NCBI GenBank assembly: GCA_964642725.1
Contig: CAZXQG010000005.1
Location: 16,597 to 80,596 of the forward strand
From: an uncultured Chitinophagaceae bacterium
GTDB lineage: Bacteria > Bacteroidota > Ignavibacteria > UBA10030 > UBA8401
DNA length: 64,000 nucleotides
Reading direction: 5' to 3'
The notes under the pieces were generated by a model. That model ran no database searches. It was not told where the DNA came from and saw nothing but the letters and a program-made list of their open reading frames with translations. Below are positions 10,207-20,438 of this stretch, in pieces. Within the stretch, counting starts at the first letter, position 1. Every line of letters begins with the position of its first letter. A program made the translations under genes and the position numbers.

Positions 10207-11097
10207 TCAATCCACCTTTGTGACTCTGATATCTTTGCCCCACATAAGCTTCGAGCGCAGAACATCGTAGTAGCTCTTGTCTTTGCGTTTCACCAGCTTC
10301 ACAGAATAATCCGCTTTTTGTACAAAGAGATTGACCGGAGGAGTGAATACTTTTTCCTGCTGGCCGTCCGCCGTCACGCGCACATTCTGAAGTTTCGACT
10401 CGACGAAGACCCGGACAACGCTCGAATCCGGAACGATGACGGACCGTGCAGTCAACGTATGGGGGCAAATAGGGCTGACGGTGAGAACGTCGCTCGCCGG
10501 AACGACGATTGGGCCGCCCGTCGCAAGGGAATAGCCTGTCGTTCCTGTGGGCGTGGAAACAATGATCCCGTCGCCTCGGTAGGTCATAAGATAATCGTTG
10601 TTGACGTATGTTTCGAGGTCGATTACGCGTGAAGAGTTACTTTTGTCGATGACGATATCGTTCACGCCGAACATCTGGACGTCGTCACCTTCCGCGGTAA
10701 CCTTGATAACCATTCGGTCTTCGATAACATGCTGGTTGTTCAGGATATCGTCTACAAACGATTCTACTTCGTCTATCGAAAGTTCAGCAAGGAAACCAAG
10801 TTTCCCGAGGTTGACGCCAAGGATTGGCACGGCGGCACGGCCGACGAGTCTTGCTGCCGAGAGAATCGTACCGTCGCCCCCGAAAGCAATAACCATGTCG
10901 CACTCGGCAACAATTTCCTCGAGAGGCGCAGTGTCTTTTTTGAGGATGACCTTTTTCCCAGCCTGTTTGTTGACGACCCTGGCAATTTCATCGTGGGTAA
11001 CAAATTCAATGAGGCGCTTTTCGCCGGTCCCTAACAGCCTCAATACAGCGTCTCCCAGCGTGTCTTTCGATAAATTCCCAACGATTCCGAATTTCAT
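10207..11097 (-). CDS. nadK: NAD+ kinase
   Basis: GGDGT motif (AFGGDGTILSAA) and NLGKLGFL. 296 aa. Confidence 0.9.
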   Translation of the reverse strand: MKFGIVGNLSKDTLGDAVLRLLGTGEKRLIEFVTHDEIARVVNKQAGKKVILKKDTAPLEEIVAECDMVIAFGGDGTILSAARLVGRAAVPILGVNLGKLGFLAELSIDEVESFVDDILNNQHVIEDRMVIKVTAEGDDVQMFGVNDIVIDKSNSSRVIDLETYVNNDYLMTYRGDGIIVSTPTGTTGYSLATGGPIVVPASDVLTVSPICPHTLTARSVIVPDSSVVRVFVESKLQNVRVTADGQQEKVFTPPVNLFVQKADYSVKLVKRKDKSYYDVLRSKLMWGKDIRVTKVD

Positions 11098-11396
11098 TGC
11101 GCCGCCTCGTCCTTCACCGCCGGCGATGGAGTTTCTTTCGCCATCTCATCAACATAATTCAATTTCAGATCCTGAAGCACGCCGATAAGAAATCGTTCTT
11201 CATCGGGCGAACGATTTCCCTTCGTCTTTTCTTTCAGCATATCGATCAAGTCGATCGATAATTGCGCTTGTTCCATATTCTTTTCAATCTTATCGGTAAC
11301 GGGGTTTTTCATTTTCCCCATTTGTTGAAGCGCTGCGGCTTGAAACATCGAAACAAGCTGAATAAACATCATCTCATTCTTTTCTGAAGTATCCAT
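11094..11396 (-). CDS. DUF1844-family protein
   Basis: 100 aa. Pattern FIQLVSMFQAAALQQMG…IDLIDMLKEKTKGN typical of DUF1844. Confidence 0.5.
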   Translation of the reverse strand: MDTSEKNEMMFIQLVSMFQAAALQQMGKMKNPVTDKIEKNMEQAQLSIDLIDMLKEKTKGNRSPDEERFLIGVLQDLKLNYVDEMAKETPSPAVKDEAAQ

Positions 11397-11502
11397 AATT
11401 CACTTTCTTTCCGACGCTGAACGATGCAAAATGTTCGAAATAAAATCCAGAATTCTGCCTTGGCCGATGCAATGGTACGAAAGAGAAGAACCAAAATCAA
11501 CT

Positions 11503-12267
11503 TTACCTATTTCGCGAGGAATCGGAATTCCATATTTCCCATAGTTTTGCGTATTTTGTAAAAACGTATGCCGACGAAAGAACGGCAAGGATCAGTCCGG
11601 GAATTCCATCCAGGAAGCCTAATCGAAAACAATACATTCTAAGAAAAAGCCATGGAGGTCTGATCAACAGATCGACAAGCCGAAACGGTCTTCCGGCTTT
11701 GAACAATTCCTCGCTTGCCAATGTGGTATACCGATTGAATTTCTCTAAGTAATGGCGAAGATTGGGGTCGGTGAAGTGAAGCAGGTCGTGATGAAGTTCG
11801 CCGATTGTCCCTCGCACTACCAGCCCCTCGTGAACGGCCGAAGTAGTGAACGAAGCTGAGTCCTTGCGAAAAAGCCGTACGACTCTTCCCGGGTACCATC
11901 CGGAATGTTTCATCCAACGACCGAGAAAATACGCCCGACGAGCGACAGAATAAGCCGCCTTTGACGGGGAGGATCCCATCAATGATTGGATTTCAGCGCC
12001 TAACTCCTGTGTGACGCGCTCATCGGCGTCGAGCCATAGAATCCACTTATGATGCGATTTCTCTACTGCAAATGTTTTTGCTTCGGAAAAACTTTTCCAC
12101 GGCTCTATAAAGATGCTTTGAGTGAATTGCCGAGCCAGCGTTACCGTTGTGTCGCTGCTCTCAGCGTCAACGACAACGATTTCGTCCGCCCATTGAACGC
12201 TTTCGAGGCACGCAGCAATATTCCGTTCTTCATTCCGCGTAATGACAATGACTGACAACGGTGTCAT
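11503..12267 (-). CDS. Family 2 glycosyltransferase (LPS core/WaaE-like)
   Basis: LSVIVITRNEERNIAACLESV…VVVDAESSDTT is a GT2 signature. The start is likely MTPLSVIV, overlapping the upstream gene by 4 nt. Confidence 0.7.
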   Translation of the reverse strand: MTPLSVIVITRNEERNIAACLESVQWADEIVVVDAESSDTTVTLARQFTQSIFIEPWKSFSEAKTFAVEKSHHKWILWLDADERVTQELGAEIQSLMGSSPSKAAYSVARRAYFLGRWMKHSGWYPGRVVRLFRKDSASFTTSAVHEGLVVRGTIGELHHDLLHFTDPNLRHYLEKFNRYTTLASEELFKAGRPFRLVDLLIRPPWLFLRMYCFRLGFLDGIPGLILAVLSSAYVFTKYAKLWEIWNSDSSRNR

Positions 12268-13451
12268 ACACTCTCCGGGGCGGGAAGCTTCTTCACCGCA
12301 TAAGCCAACCCGACTGTGAACCAGACGAAAACCATTATTTGATGGCTGCCGAAATTCCATTCAAATAACCCATTGAGAAGAAAACCGATGAAGACGGCAA
12401 ATGCCCCCAGCGTAACCGATCCCGCAAGCCAATCGGCAGTTGAGCCTCTGAACATTTGATATTCCACGACGAGTATTTTACAGAACATAGCAACAACGAT
12501 GGAAAGGCCGATGAGACCGAGCGTCACCAACAGCATGACAAAATTATTATGAAGATGCCCCCCTCCTTCGGGGTCGTCCGCAGATTTGTATTGTGCGTAG
12601 ACTTCATGAACATCGGAATCTCCAATCCCGAGCAGAGGATGGTCGGCGAATATTTTCAGGCCCGTTGACCACATCACTAACCGAGAATGATTTGTCGGGT
12701 CGGAAAGGTCGACGATGCTTTTTGCCCGATGCACTTGGCTGGCAGGAGCGAACAAAAAAAACAACGCAAGGAATGCAACAAGAACGAAAAAGAGGTATTT
12801 ATTTTTCAAAATACTTATGACGATCACTCCGCCAAGAAATCCAACCCATGAACTCCGGGTATTGGTCAGGATTAACGCAAGAAATGACGGGACAAAAAAC
12901 AACGACAACCATCCTTTGACCGCCGCCGGTGTTTTCTTGTGGAGGATAAATGGAACAATCATCAGGCACGCGATCATTTTCAAACCGCCCGTCGTCATGT
13001 AGTGTTGAAACACGTATAATCTTCCCTCGTGGACAACATAGTAATAGACTATTTCAATGATTGATGTCACCGCCACCGCGCCAAAAATAATGAGCAGACT
13101 GTTCAACACTTTTTTCCTGGAGTCAAACGACAGCAGCACGAGATACAGAACGGAAATGAGCAGCAGCCGCTTTGTGTTGACAGCCGCCTGAGCCGGAAAC
13201 ACCGCGGTCGCGGTCGTCAAAAATTCGATGCACACATATGCAAGAAAAAAATAATCGAAGGAAGTTCCACAAAGCAACCATCTCCGCTCTGCAAAACTCC
13301 AATACACTACAAGCATCAACGATAGCCCGAAGACAATTGAGGAAGCCGCAATCGATATCGAAATGACGGCTACTTGAGTAACAAGAAGAGCAAAAAGAAT
13401 TGAACTCAGGAGCGCTTTTCGCGACTCGGGAAGAGAATCGGCGGTGGTCAT
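12264..13451 (-). CDS. O-antigen ligase (WaaL)-family polytopic membrane protein
   Basis: About 10 predicted TM helices with a large periplasmic loop (Wzy_C-like). Start likely at MTTADSLPES. Confidence 0.55.
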   Translation of the reverse strand: MTTADSLPESRKALLSSILFALLVTQVAVISISIAASSIVFGLSLMLVVYWSFAERRWLLCGTSFDYFFLAYVCIEFLTTATAVFPAQAAVNTKRLLLISVLYLVLLSFDSRKKVLNSLLIIFGAVAVTSIIEIVYYYVVHEGRLYVFQHYMTTGGLKMIACLMIVPFILHKKTPAAVKGWLSLFFVPSFLALILTNTRSSWVGFLGGVIVISILKNKYLFFVLVAFLALFFLFAPASQVHRAKSIVDLSDPTNHSRLVMWSTGLKIFADHPLLGIGDSDVHEVYAQYKSADDPEGGGHLHNNFVMLLVTLGLIGLSIVVAMFCKILVVEYQMFRGSTADWLAGSVTLGAFAVFIGFLLNGLFEWNFGSHQIMVFVWFTVGLAYAVKKLPAPESV

Positions 13452-14599
13452 TGGAAAACTATGTTGTTTGTGATATGTTCCGACGCAGCGGATCTTGTTT
13501 CTTCTATAGCATTGAGAACCGGTTTTAGCTGAAGCGTCTCCATGCATAAGACTGGACGTTTGTCCCTGCACAATTCCCACTGCTTCGGTTTAGGATTACG
13601 GGTTGCACAACCGATACATGGCAGGTCTACTCGTACATACCGTGAAATCTTCCTTGGATCATAGGGGCCAGTGTCCAACGGATCGGCAAATCCCATGAGC
13701 ATCACGACGGGTGTTTGCAGCGCACAGGCGATATGGAGCGCGCCGGTATCGGGCCCGACAACTAGATCGGCACGGTCAAGGAATGCCATGAGTTGTCGGA
13801 GCGACGTCATCCCGACGAGCGAAACGGAGCTATGTTTCATGCCGGACCGAATCGACTCAACTTCACGCTCGTCCTGCTCAATGCCTGTAAACACAATCTT
13901 CGCATCATACAGCTCGACGAGAGAATCTGCAAGCTCGCTGTACCGAACCGGAAGCCATTGGCGGACCGAATTGGGCGCGCTGCATCCCGGATGGAGGCAA
14001 ACAACATAGTCATTATCCGAGATTTGCAGACGATGGAGGTATTCCCTGGCGCTTTTCTTCTCTTCCTCTTTCGCAACGAGAAGAGTGCCGTCAACTTTGC
14101 CGGGGTCAGTCCATTCGAGAACTGTTTCAGTCTGCGCATCGACGGTGTGCAATCCGGGCGTCCGCGGAACCGGAACATCGAGAAGCATTCCGAGCGAATT
14201 GTCCATGCCGCAAAGATATTTCGCTCCGGCCAGTTTCGCCATGATCGTATAATGAGAGTTGGCTTCTTCAACGGCAATGATGTCATAGCGATAGCGCCGA
14301 AGATGGAGAAACAATTTTGTATGTTCGAGGAGTGAAAACTTCGCGGAGAGTGGAAAAACATTTCGGACGCCGGGAAAACCCTCAAGTAGAGAGACCGACC
14401 TCTCACTGACAACCGCGTCGATCGCAGCTTCTACAAATGTCGTATGGAGCCGCAGCAACACAGGTGTAATCGAGACAACATCGCCGAGCAAACCGTTGCG
14501 AATCACTAGAATGCTCTTTACTCGCTCCCGTTGCCCAGCAAATTGCAAAAAGCGCCCCTTCTTCTTGGAGGGTGCCAATGTTTGACCGGATGGAGTCAT
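13448..14599 (-). CDS. ADP-heptose:LPS heptosyltransferase (GT9, WaaC/WaaF-like)
   Basis: GT9 blocks ILVIRNGLLGDVV and LVVGPDTGALHIA. Start likely at MTPSGQTL. Confidence 0.7.
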   Translation of the reverse strand: MTPSGQTLAPSKKKGRFLQFAGQRERVKSILVIRNGLLGDVVSITPVLLRLHTTFVEAAIDAVVSERSVSLLEGFPGVRNVFPLSAKFSLLEHTKLFLHLRRYRYDIIAVEEANSHYTIMAKLAGAKYLCGMDNSLGMLLDVPVPRTPGLHTVDAQTETVLEWTDPGKVDGTLLVAKEEEKKSAREYLHRLQISDNDYVVCLHPGCSAPNSVRQWLPVRYSELADSLVELYDAKIVFTGIEQDEREVESIRSGMKHSSVSLVGMTSLRQLMAFLDRADLVVGPDTGALHIACALQTPVVMLMGFADPLDTGPYDPRKISRYVRVDLPCIGCATRNPKPKQWELCRDKRPVLCMETLQLKPVLNAIEETRSAASEHITNNIVFQ

Positions 14600-14624
14600 G
14601 TCGGAAATATTTGTTTCCCAAACT

Positions 14625-16490
14625 TCATACATTGAACTGAAGGTCGTACAAACGTTTATACAAACCATCTTTCTGTTTCATCAACTCGACATGCCGCCCC
14701 ATTTGTTCGATTCTTCCGTTCTCAAGGACGACAATCCGGTCCGCATTCCGGATCGTTGACAACCGGTGCGCAATCACAAGAGAGGTGCGGTTCTTCATCA
14801 AACGTTCAATCGCTTCCTGAACGAGGATCTCACTCTCCGAATCGAGTGCCGATGTCGCTTCATCAAATATCATGATAGGAGGGTTCTTCAGCAATGCACG
14901 GGCAATAGAAAGACGCTGCCGCTGCCCTCCGGAGATTTTTACACCCCGGTCGCCGATGATCGAATCGAACCCTCTCGGCAACGCATCAATAAACTCGAGA
15001 GCGTTCGCAGCTGCAGCGGCATCGCGGATCTTCTCCTCAGGACAATCGCTCAACCCATAGGCGATGTTGCTGCGCACGGTATCGTTAAATAAAATTGTCT
15101 CCTGGGTCACAATCCCGATCTGCTTCCTGAGCGATTGCAATTCTATCAAACGTATGTCAACTCCGTCGATCGTAATCAATCCTTCGACTGGATCGTAAAA
15201 TCGCGCGAGAAGGTCAACGAGGGTCGTCTTGCCGCTGCCGCTCGGTCCGACAATTGCAACGACTTCCCCTTTCCGAACCCTGAGGTTGATACCGCGGAGG
15301 ATTTCTTTAGTCTCGCCTCCCTGCGGCACTCCGTTCGAATAGAAGAAGGAGACGTTTTTGAACTCAATGCAATCGCGAAGATTGCCGATGGAAGCGGCCT
15401 GAGGATGGTTTCGAATCGAAGGTTCAATATCGAGTATCTCAAAAATCCGTTTTCCCGCAGCTGAAAATTCTTGCAGCCGGTTAATCACGCTGCTCAGTTC
15501 CTTGACAGGAGGCATCACCTGGAATATCGCAAGAAGGAAACCGAGAAACTCCGCCGCCTTCATCTCTCCCGTCACGAGGACCTGCCGTCCACCGTACCAT
15601 ATGATGGCGACTGCCGCCAGAATCGAGAGGAACTCCGTGACCGGAGTTGACAGATTCCTGATCCTGGTCATTGTGAGAACAGTGCGAAAATAACTCTTTG
15701 TTTCTTTCCTGAATTTCTTGTCTTCGAAATCTTCCATCCCGAAGGCCTTGACCACCTTGACGTTCGAGATCGTTTCCTGCAAAACCGAAGTGATATCAGC
15801 CATCTTCTCCTGTATTACTCTGCTTTCTTTGTGAAGCCGCAAGCCGATCCAACTGATGATAAATAGGGAAAACGGGAATACGCCGAATGAAAGGAGAGTT
15901 AACTTCCAGCTTAAGGTAAAGGCAATACCCAGAAAAACCATAACAAGGAGCGGCTCTCGAATCAAAGTTACGAAGCTTGCCGAGACGCCGCCGTTGACGA
16001 CGTTGACATCGTTCGTTACCCGGGAAATGAGATTGCCCGTCCGCTCGTTGGTGAAATAGCTGAGCGAGAGATTGTGAAGATGACGGAACAACTCATTCCG
16101 AATATCCATCATCAAACCCTGCTCAACATGCGCCATCGTGTAGGATTGGACATAACCGAAGGCGTTCTTGAGCAGAAACACGACGAGAATGATAATGCAA
16201 ATCCGGTAGAGCGAGTCCGTTTTCGAGCCCGCGAATACGAATGATTGGAGCGATTGATCGAACCGTTGTTTAAAGCCGACTATTTCGTTCGGCACGACGC
16301 TGTTCCGCGGAGGAGTGGCTTGCTGGAGCGCTTGCGGGGTTGATTGATCGAACAGTGTTTCGAGAAGCGGGATCGAGAGATAAATTGAAGCGCCGCTAAA
16401 AATAGAATAGAATATCGTACACGCTACAGAAATCGTCAGCGACTTCCAGTACGGCCGGACATAGCGGAGTATTCTCAAGAACACACGCAT
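14625..16490 (-). CDS. msbA: ABC transporter, fused permease/ATPase (MsbA-like lipid A/lipid exporter)
   Basis: Six-TM N-terminal domain plus an ABC domain: Walker A GPSGSGKTT, signature LSGGQRQRLSIARAL, Walker B IMIFDEATSALD. Confidence 0.8.
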   Translation of the reverse strand: MRVFLRILRYVRPYWKSLTISVACTIFYSIFSGASIYLSIPLLETLFDQSTPQALQQATPPRNSVVPNEIVGFKQRFDQSLQSFVFAGSKTDSLYRICIIILVVFLLKNAFGYVQSYTMAHVEQGLMMDIRNELFRHLHNLSLSYFTNERTGNLISRVTNDVNVVNGGVSASFVTLIREPLLVMVFLGIAFTLSWKLTLLSFGVFPFSLFIISWIGLRLHKESRVIQEKMADITSVLQETISNVKVVKAFGMEDFEDKKFRKETKSYFRTVLTMTRIRNLSTPVTEFLSILAAVAIIWYGGRQVLVTGEMKAAEFLGFLLAIFQVMPPVKELSSVINRLQEFSAAGKRIFEILDIEPSIRNHPQAASIGNLRDCIEFKNVSFFYSNGVPQGGETKEILRGINLRVRKGEVVAIVGPSGSGKTTLVDLLARFYDPVEGLITIDGVDIRLIELQSLRKQIGIVTQETILFNDTVRSNIAYGLSDCPEEKIRDAAAAANALEFIDALPRGFDSIIGDRGVKISGGQRQRLSIARALLKNPPIMIFDEATSALDSESEILVQEAIERLMKNRTSLVIAHRLSTIRNADRIVVLENGRIEQMGRHVELMKQKDGLYKRLYDLQFNV

Positions 16491-16552
16491 GCAACGATTC
16501 TCTCTATTTTAAGGAAATATTCCTAATGGCAGACGCAGGCCTCTTCCCGGCA

Positions 16553-19123
16553 TCACTGTACAACAAAATTGACAAGCTTGTTCTTGACGATAATTTCTTT
16601 CACAACACGTTTGCCGTCGACATGCTGTTTCACATTTTGTTCCGCATACGCCAATTGTTTCAGGGCCGATTCATCGATGTCGACGGGAACATTTCTCTTC
16701 GCACGAATTTTTCCGTTCACCTGAAAGACCACTTCGACCGTTGTTTGCTCCATTTTCGATTCATCGAACGCCGGCCACGGTTCACAAGCCAACGATGATG
16801 TATGCCCCAGCTTTTGCCATAACTCTTCCGCAATGTGGGGAGCGAACGGCGCAAGCAGCAGGACGAACGGCTCGAGAACTTGACGTGGACGGGATTCAGC
16901 TTTTGTTAATTCGTTCACAAGGATCATCATTTGCGAGATCGCAGTGTTGAACCTGAGCGCTTCAATATCCTCGCCAACTTTTTTCACCGTCGAATGGAAG
17001 ATGCGTTCAAGCTCGGAGGAAATTTCAACTCTCTTTACAGCGGGATCAAGAGTTCCGTCTTCGCCGACATACAAACGCCATACGCGGTTCAGAAACCGAT
17101 AGACCCCTTCCACACCGCGCGTGCTCCATGGCTTCATCTCTTCAAGCGGCCCCATGAACATCTCGAACAACCGCACGGAATCCGCTCCGTACTCTTTGAC
17201 AACCTCATCCGGGTTGACAACGTTGCCGCGCGACTTCGACATCTTCCGTGAATCTTCGCCGAGGATGATGCCTTGATGCCTTAGCTTTGTGAACGGCTCC
17301 TTTGTGCTTACGAAGCCAAGGTCGTACAACACTTTGTGCCAGAACCTGGCATACATCAAATGCAGCACCGTGTGTTCGGACCCGCCGACGTACAAGTCAA
17401 TCGGCATCCATTTGCGTTCGAGCGCAGGGGAACAGAATTGCGTGTCATTTTTTGGATCGATGAACCGAAGATAATACCAGCAGGATCCCGCCCATTGAGG
17501 CATTGTGTTCGTTTCCCTGCGCCCCTTCATTCCGGTCTCCGCATCGACGACGTTAACCCATTCAGTCGCAAGAGCGAGCGGAGATTCGGTTGTTCCGCTC
17601 GGCTGGAATTTTTTCAGTTCCGGAAGAATCAGCGGAAGTTCATCGTCGCGGAGCGGTTTCATTGTTCCGTCTTCACAATGAACGATCGGAATCGGTTCGC
17701 CCCAATAGCGCTGGCGGGCAAAAAGCCAGTCGCGCAGCTTATAGTTTATTTTCCGTTCCCCGATTCGTTCAGATTCCAGCCATCGGATAATTTTTTCTTT
17801 CGCCTCATCGACATGCAGTCCATCGAGAAACGCGCTGTTGACAGCCGGCCCGTCTTCCGTATATGCTTTTCCTTGAAAACCTTCAGGCGGCTGCACCGTA
17901 CGGAGAATGGGTAAACCGAATTTTTCCGCGAATTCCCAATCTCTCTCGTCTTGGCCCGGAACTGCCATGATGGCACCCGTGCCGTAGCCTGTCAAAACGT
18001 AATCGGCGATCCAAATCGGAATTTCTTTTTTTGTCGCCGGGTTAATAACATAGCTGCCAGTGAATACTCCGGTTTTCTCCGTGTCGATGCCGCGCTCGAG
18101 GTCGCTTTTCAGGCTTGCTTGAGTTCGATAACTCTCGACGGCTTTTTTCTGATCTCCCGTCGTTATTCCATCCACAAGGGGATGTTCGGGGGCAAGCACC
18201 ATGTAGGTCGCCCCAAAAATCGTATCCGGCCTTGTCGTGAAAATTCTTACGTTGTCATTCCTCCCTTTCACCGGGAAATTAATTTCTGCTCCCTCTGACC
18301 GGCCGATCCAATTTCTCTGCTGCTCCAATGTTGAAGCGGGCCAATCAAGTTCTTTTCCATCTTCAAGCAGCCTTTCAGCGTACGCGGTAATCCTCATCAT
18401 CCATTGCCTCATCGGCCGGCGTTCGACAGTGTACCCCTTGTCGGTCCATTCAGCAACTTCTTCGTTCGCAAGGACCGTCCCCAGAGCCTCGCACCAATTC
18501 ACTGGAATTTCGGCGATATAGGCAAGGCGGAATTGCGCGAGGAAATCATGCTTATCCTTTTTGCTTTTCCGCTTCCATTCTTCAGCGGTGAAACTTTCTC
18601 CGACAGACAGACCCTTTGTCCCTTGACGAAGCAATTCCTCTTCAAGAGTTTGTATCGGCCTTGCCTTATGGACGCGTTCGTCGTACCATGAATTATAGAT
18701 TCGAAGAAAAATCCATTGCGTCCACTTATAATATGCCGGATCGGTCGTGTCTATTTCCCGCGACCAATCGTAACTCATTCCGAGCATTTTGATCTGACGG
18801 CGGAAGGTCGAAATGTTTTGTTCGGTGGTAATGCGGGGGTGGATATTTGTCTGCATCGCATACCGCTCAGCCGGCAGCCCGAACGCATCCCAGCCCATCG
18901 GATGCAGGACACTGTACCCTTTCATCCTTTTGAACCTGGAAAGAATATCGGTCGCCGTATATCCTTCGGGATGCCCGACATGAAGTCCGGCCCCGGAAGG
19001 ATATGGATACATGTCGAGAATGTAGACTTTGGGCTTTGCTGAAGAACTATCCGTTCGAAACGTCTGATTTGCTTCCCAGTATTGCTGCCACTTGGATTCT
19101 ATTTCTAAAAAATTGTATTTCAT
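16553..19123 (-). CDS. leuS: Leucyl-tRNA synthetase
   Basis: HVGHP (HIGH) and KMSKS motifs. 856 aa. Confidence 0.95.
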   Translation of the reverse strand: MKYNFLEIESKWQQYWEANQTFRTDSSSAKPKVYILDMYPYPSGAGLHVGHPEGYTATDILSRFKRMKGYSVLHPMGWDAFGLPAERYAMQTNIHPRITTEQNISTFRRQIKMLGMSYDWSREIDTTDPAYYKWTQWIFLRIYNSWYDERVHKARPIQTLEEELLRQGTKGLSVGESFTAEEWKRKSKKDKHDFLAQFRLAYIAEIPVNWCEALGTVLANEEVAEWTDKGYTVERRPMRQWMMRITAYAERLLEDGKELDWPASTLEQQRNWIGRSEGAEINFPVKGRNDNVRIFTTRPDTIFGATYMVLAPEHPLVDGITTGDQKKAVESYRTQASLKSDLERGIDTEKTGVFTGSYVINPATKKEIPIWIADYVLTGYGTGAIMAVPGQDERDWEFAEKFGLPILRTVQPPEGFQGKAYTEDGPAVNSAFLDGLHVDEAKEKIIRWLESERIGERKINYKLRDWLFARQRYWGEPIPIVHCEDGTMKPLRDDELPLILPELKKFQPSGTTESPLALATEWVNVVDAETGMKGRRETNTMPQWAGSCWYYLRFIDPKNDTQFCSPALERKWMPIDLYVGGSEHTVLHLMYARFWHKVLYDLGFVSTKEPFTKLRHQGIILGEDSRKMSKSRGNVVNPDEVVKEYGADSVRLFEMFMGPLEEMKPWSTRGVEGVYRFLNRVWRLYVGEDGTLDPAVKRVEISSELERIFHSTVKKVGEDIEALRFNTAISQMMILVNELTKAESRPRQVLEPFVLLLAPFAPHIAEELWQKLGHTSSLACEPWPAFDESKMEQTTVEVVFQVNGKIRAKRNVPVDIDESALKQLAYAEQNVKQHVDGKRVVKEIIVKNKLVNFVVQ

Positions 19124-19213
19124 CCTTTTTGTCTTCTGTCGTTGTATATCTGCCTATCGCTAAACACTCTCCGTTGGAGCGAAATGAAAATGACTCCGTT
19201 CGTTGTGCGCTGC

Positions 19214-20128
19214 TCATGGTTCATTGTTGATTGTCTTCTTAATGTATAGCATTGCCGTCCCCTCCGTCCCGATTCGAAACCTCGACTGCAGCTCTTCTAC
19301 GGTTGCGCCATTCTGTGCCATAATCGTCGCAGCAGTGTGCCGCAGCGAAAACGCTGTAATCCGGCGAACTTTTCCGTTCTTCACGCCTGCTCTCTCAAGA
19401 TACATGTTGACGCGCTGCCTGATTCCGCGTGTCGTCATTCTCTTTCCACGTGTCCGATTCCCTGCACTCATGATCAATGGTTCATTTTCTCGGGCATCAT
19501 TTCTGAAGGCAAGATATCCGAGGAACGCTTCCTTCACATCGTTAGGAAGAAGAACGGTTGTTTCTTTTGTCGTTTTACCTTTGCCCTGAACATTGAAGAT
19601 CATTGTCGAGCTAACGATCTTCAAATCGCCGATATTCGCACGGATCAATTCTATCTCCGATAATCCGCATCCGACCATCGCTTTGATGATTGCGAAGTCT
19701 CGAAACCCCCGCTCATCATTCCGATCGATCGACTGAAAAATCGCTTGAATATCCTGCAACGAGATCGTCTCTCGAGAATGCTGCTGCGGTCTCTTGTTTC
19801 CTTTTACCTCTTTTGCAGGATTCCGTTCCAGGACTTTGACCTCGACCAAATAATCAAAAAGACGCCTCAGTGCCGTAAGGTAAGTGGAGACCGAAACTGG
19901 TGCAAGCTTGATTTTTTTTATTAAATATGTCTTGTATCGCTCTACATCCGCTACACGGAACAGAAATTTTTGATCCAACGGATACCAGCGCATGAATTCA
20001 TGCAGTGAGCGTTCATACGTGCCGCGAGTTTCGGGCTTGCTCTTTCGCAGTTCTTTCAGAAATCCCTCGAAATGGCCGAGCAATCGCTTGTGAGAAATCC
20101 GGACAGAAGAAAATTGCGACGATTTCAT
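19214..20128 (-). CDS. Tyrosine-type site-specific recombinase (XerC/XerD family)
   Basis: 304 aa. N-terminal SAM-like domain, C-terminal catalytic block LRHTAATIMAQNG…LYI (R, H, Y present); the first His of the HxxR box appears replaced (AFSLRH). Confidence 0.7.
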   Translation of the reverse strand: MKSSQFSSVRISHKRLLGHFEGFLKELRKSKPETRGTYERSLHEFMRWYPLDQKFLFRVADVERYKTYLIKKIKLAPVSVSTYLTALRRLFDYLVEVKVLERNPAKEVKGNKRPQQHSRETISLQDIQAIFQSIDRNDERGFRDFAIIKAMVGCGLSEIELIRANIGDLKIVSSTMIFNVQGKGKTTKETTVLLPNDVKEAFLGYLAFRNDARENEPLIMSAGNRTRGKRMTTRGIRQRVNMYLERAGVKNGKVRRITAFSLRHTAATIMAQNGATVEELQSRFRIGTEGTAMLYIKKTINNEP

Positions 20129-20376
20129 TCTCCTACAGCAGAGTTTTTAGTGGGACGTTTCGCTCATCTTTCTTCTCAATAACAGAAATTAACGAAAATT
20201 GAAGAGAGAAGCAACGAAACGCGCTGCTGGGTACCGACTCAGTTTGATAAATTTTCTGGGTGGAACAGGCATTCATGCCTGTCAGATAGGTCAGACAAGA
20301 ATGTCTGACCTACAGATACATTGAAATTAAGTCACTACCCGCTGTTGCAAGCCGTCTGACTGCTTCTATCAATTGG

Positions 20377-20404
20377 ATGGATTGAAAATCAATCCATTTT
20401 TTTT
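20377..20404 (+). terminator. Plus-strand intrinsic terminator (atggattga-aaa-tcaatccat plus T7) 35 nt upstream of proB
   Basis: 9-bp perfect stem followed by ttttttt; there is no upstream A-run, so it is orientation-specific. Confidence 0.6.
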
Positions 20405-20438
20405 GAATTAGCATTTTTATTTATTATCATTTAACGGT

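Noticed and set aside
11400-11588. 62-aa ORF between the DUF1844 and GT2 genes
   Set aside because: Overlaps the GT2 gene 5' end and an intergenic spacer, with no features; likely noncoding.
17336-17914. 192-aa ORF antisense within leuS
   Set aside because: Shadow ORF.
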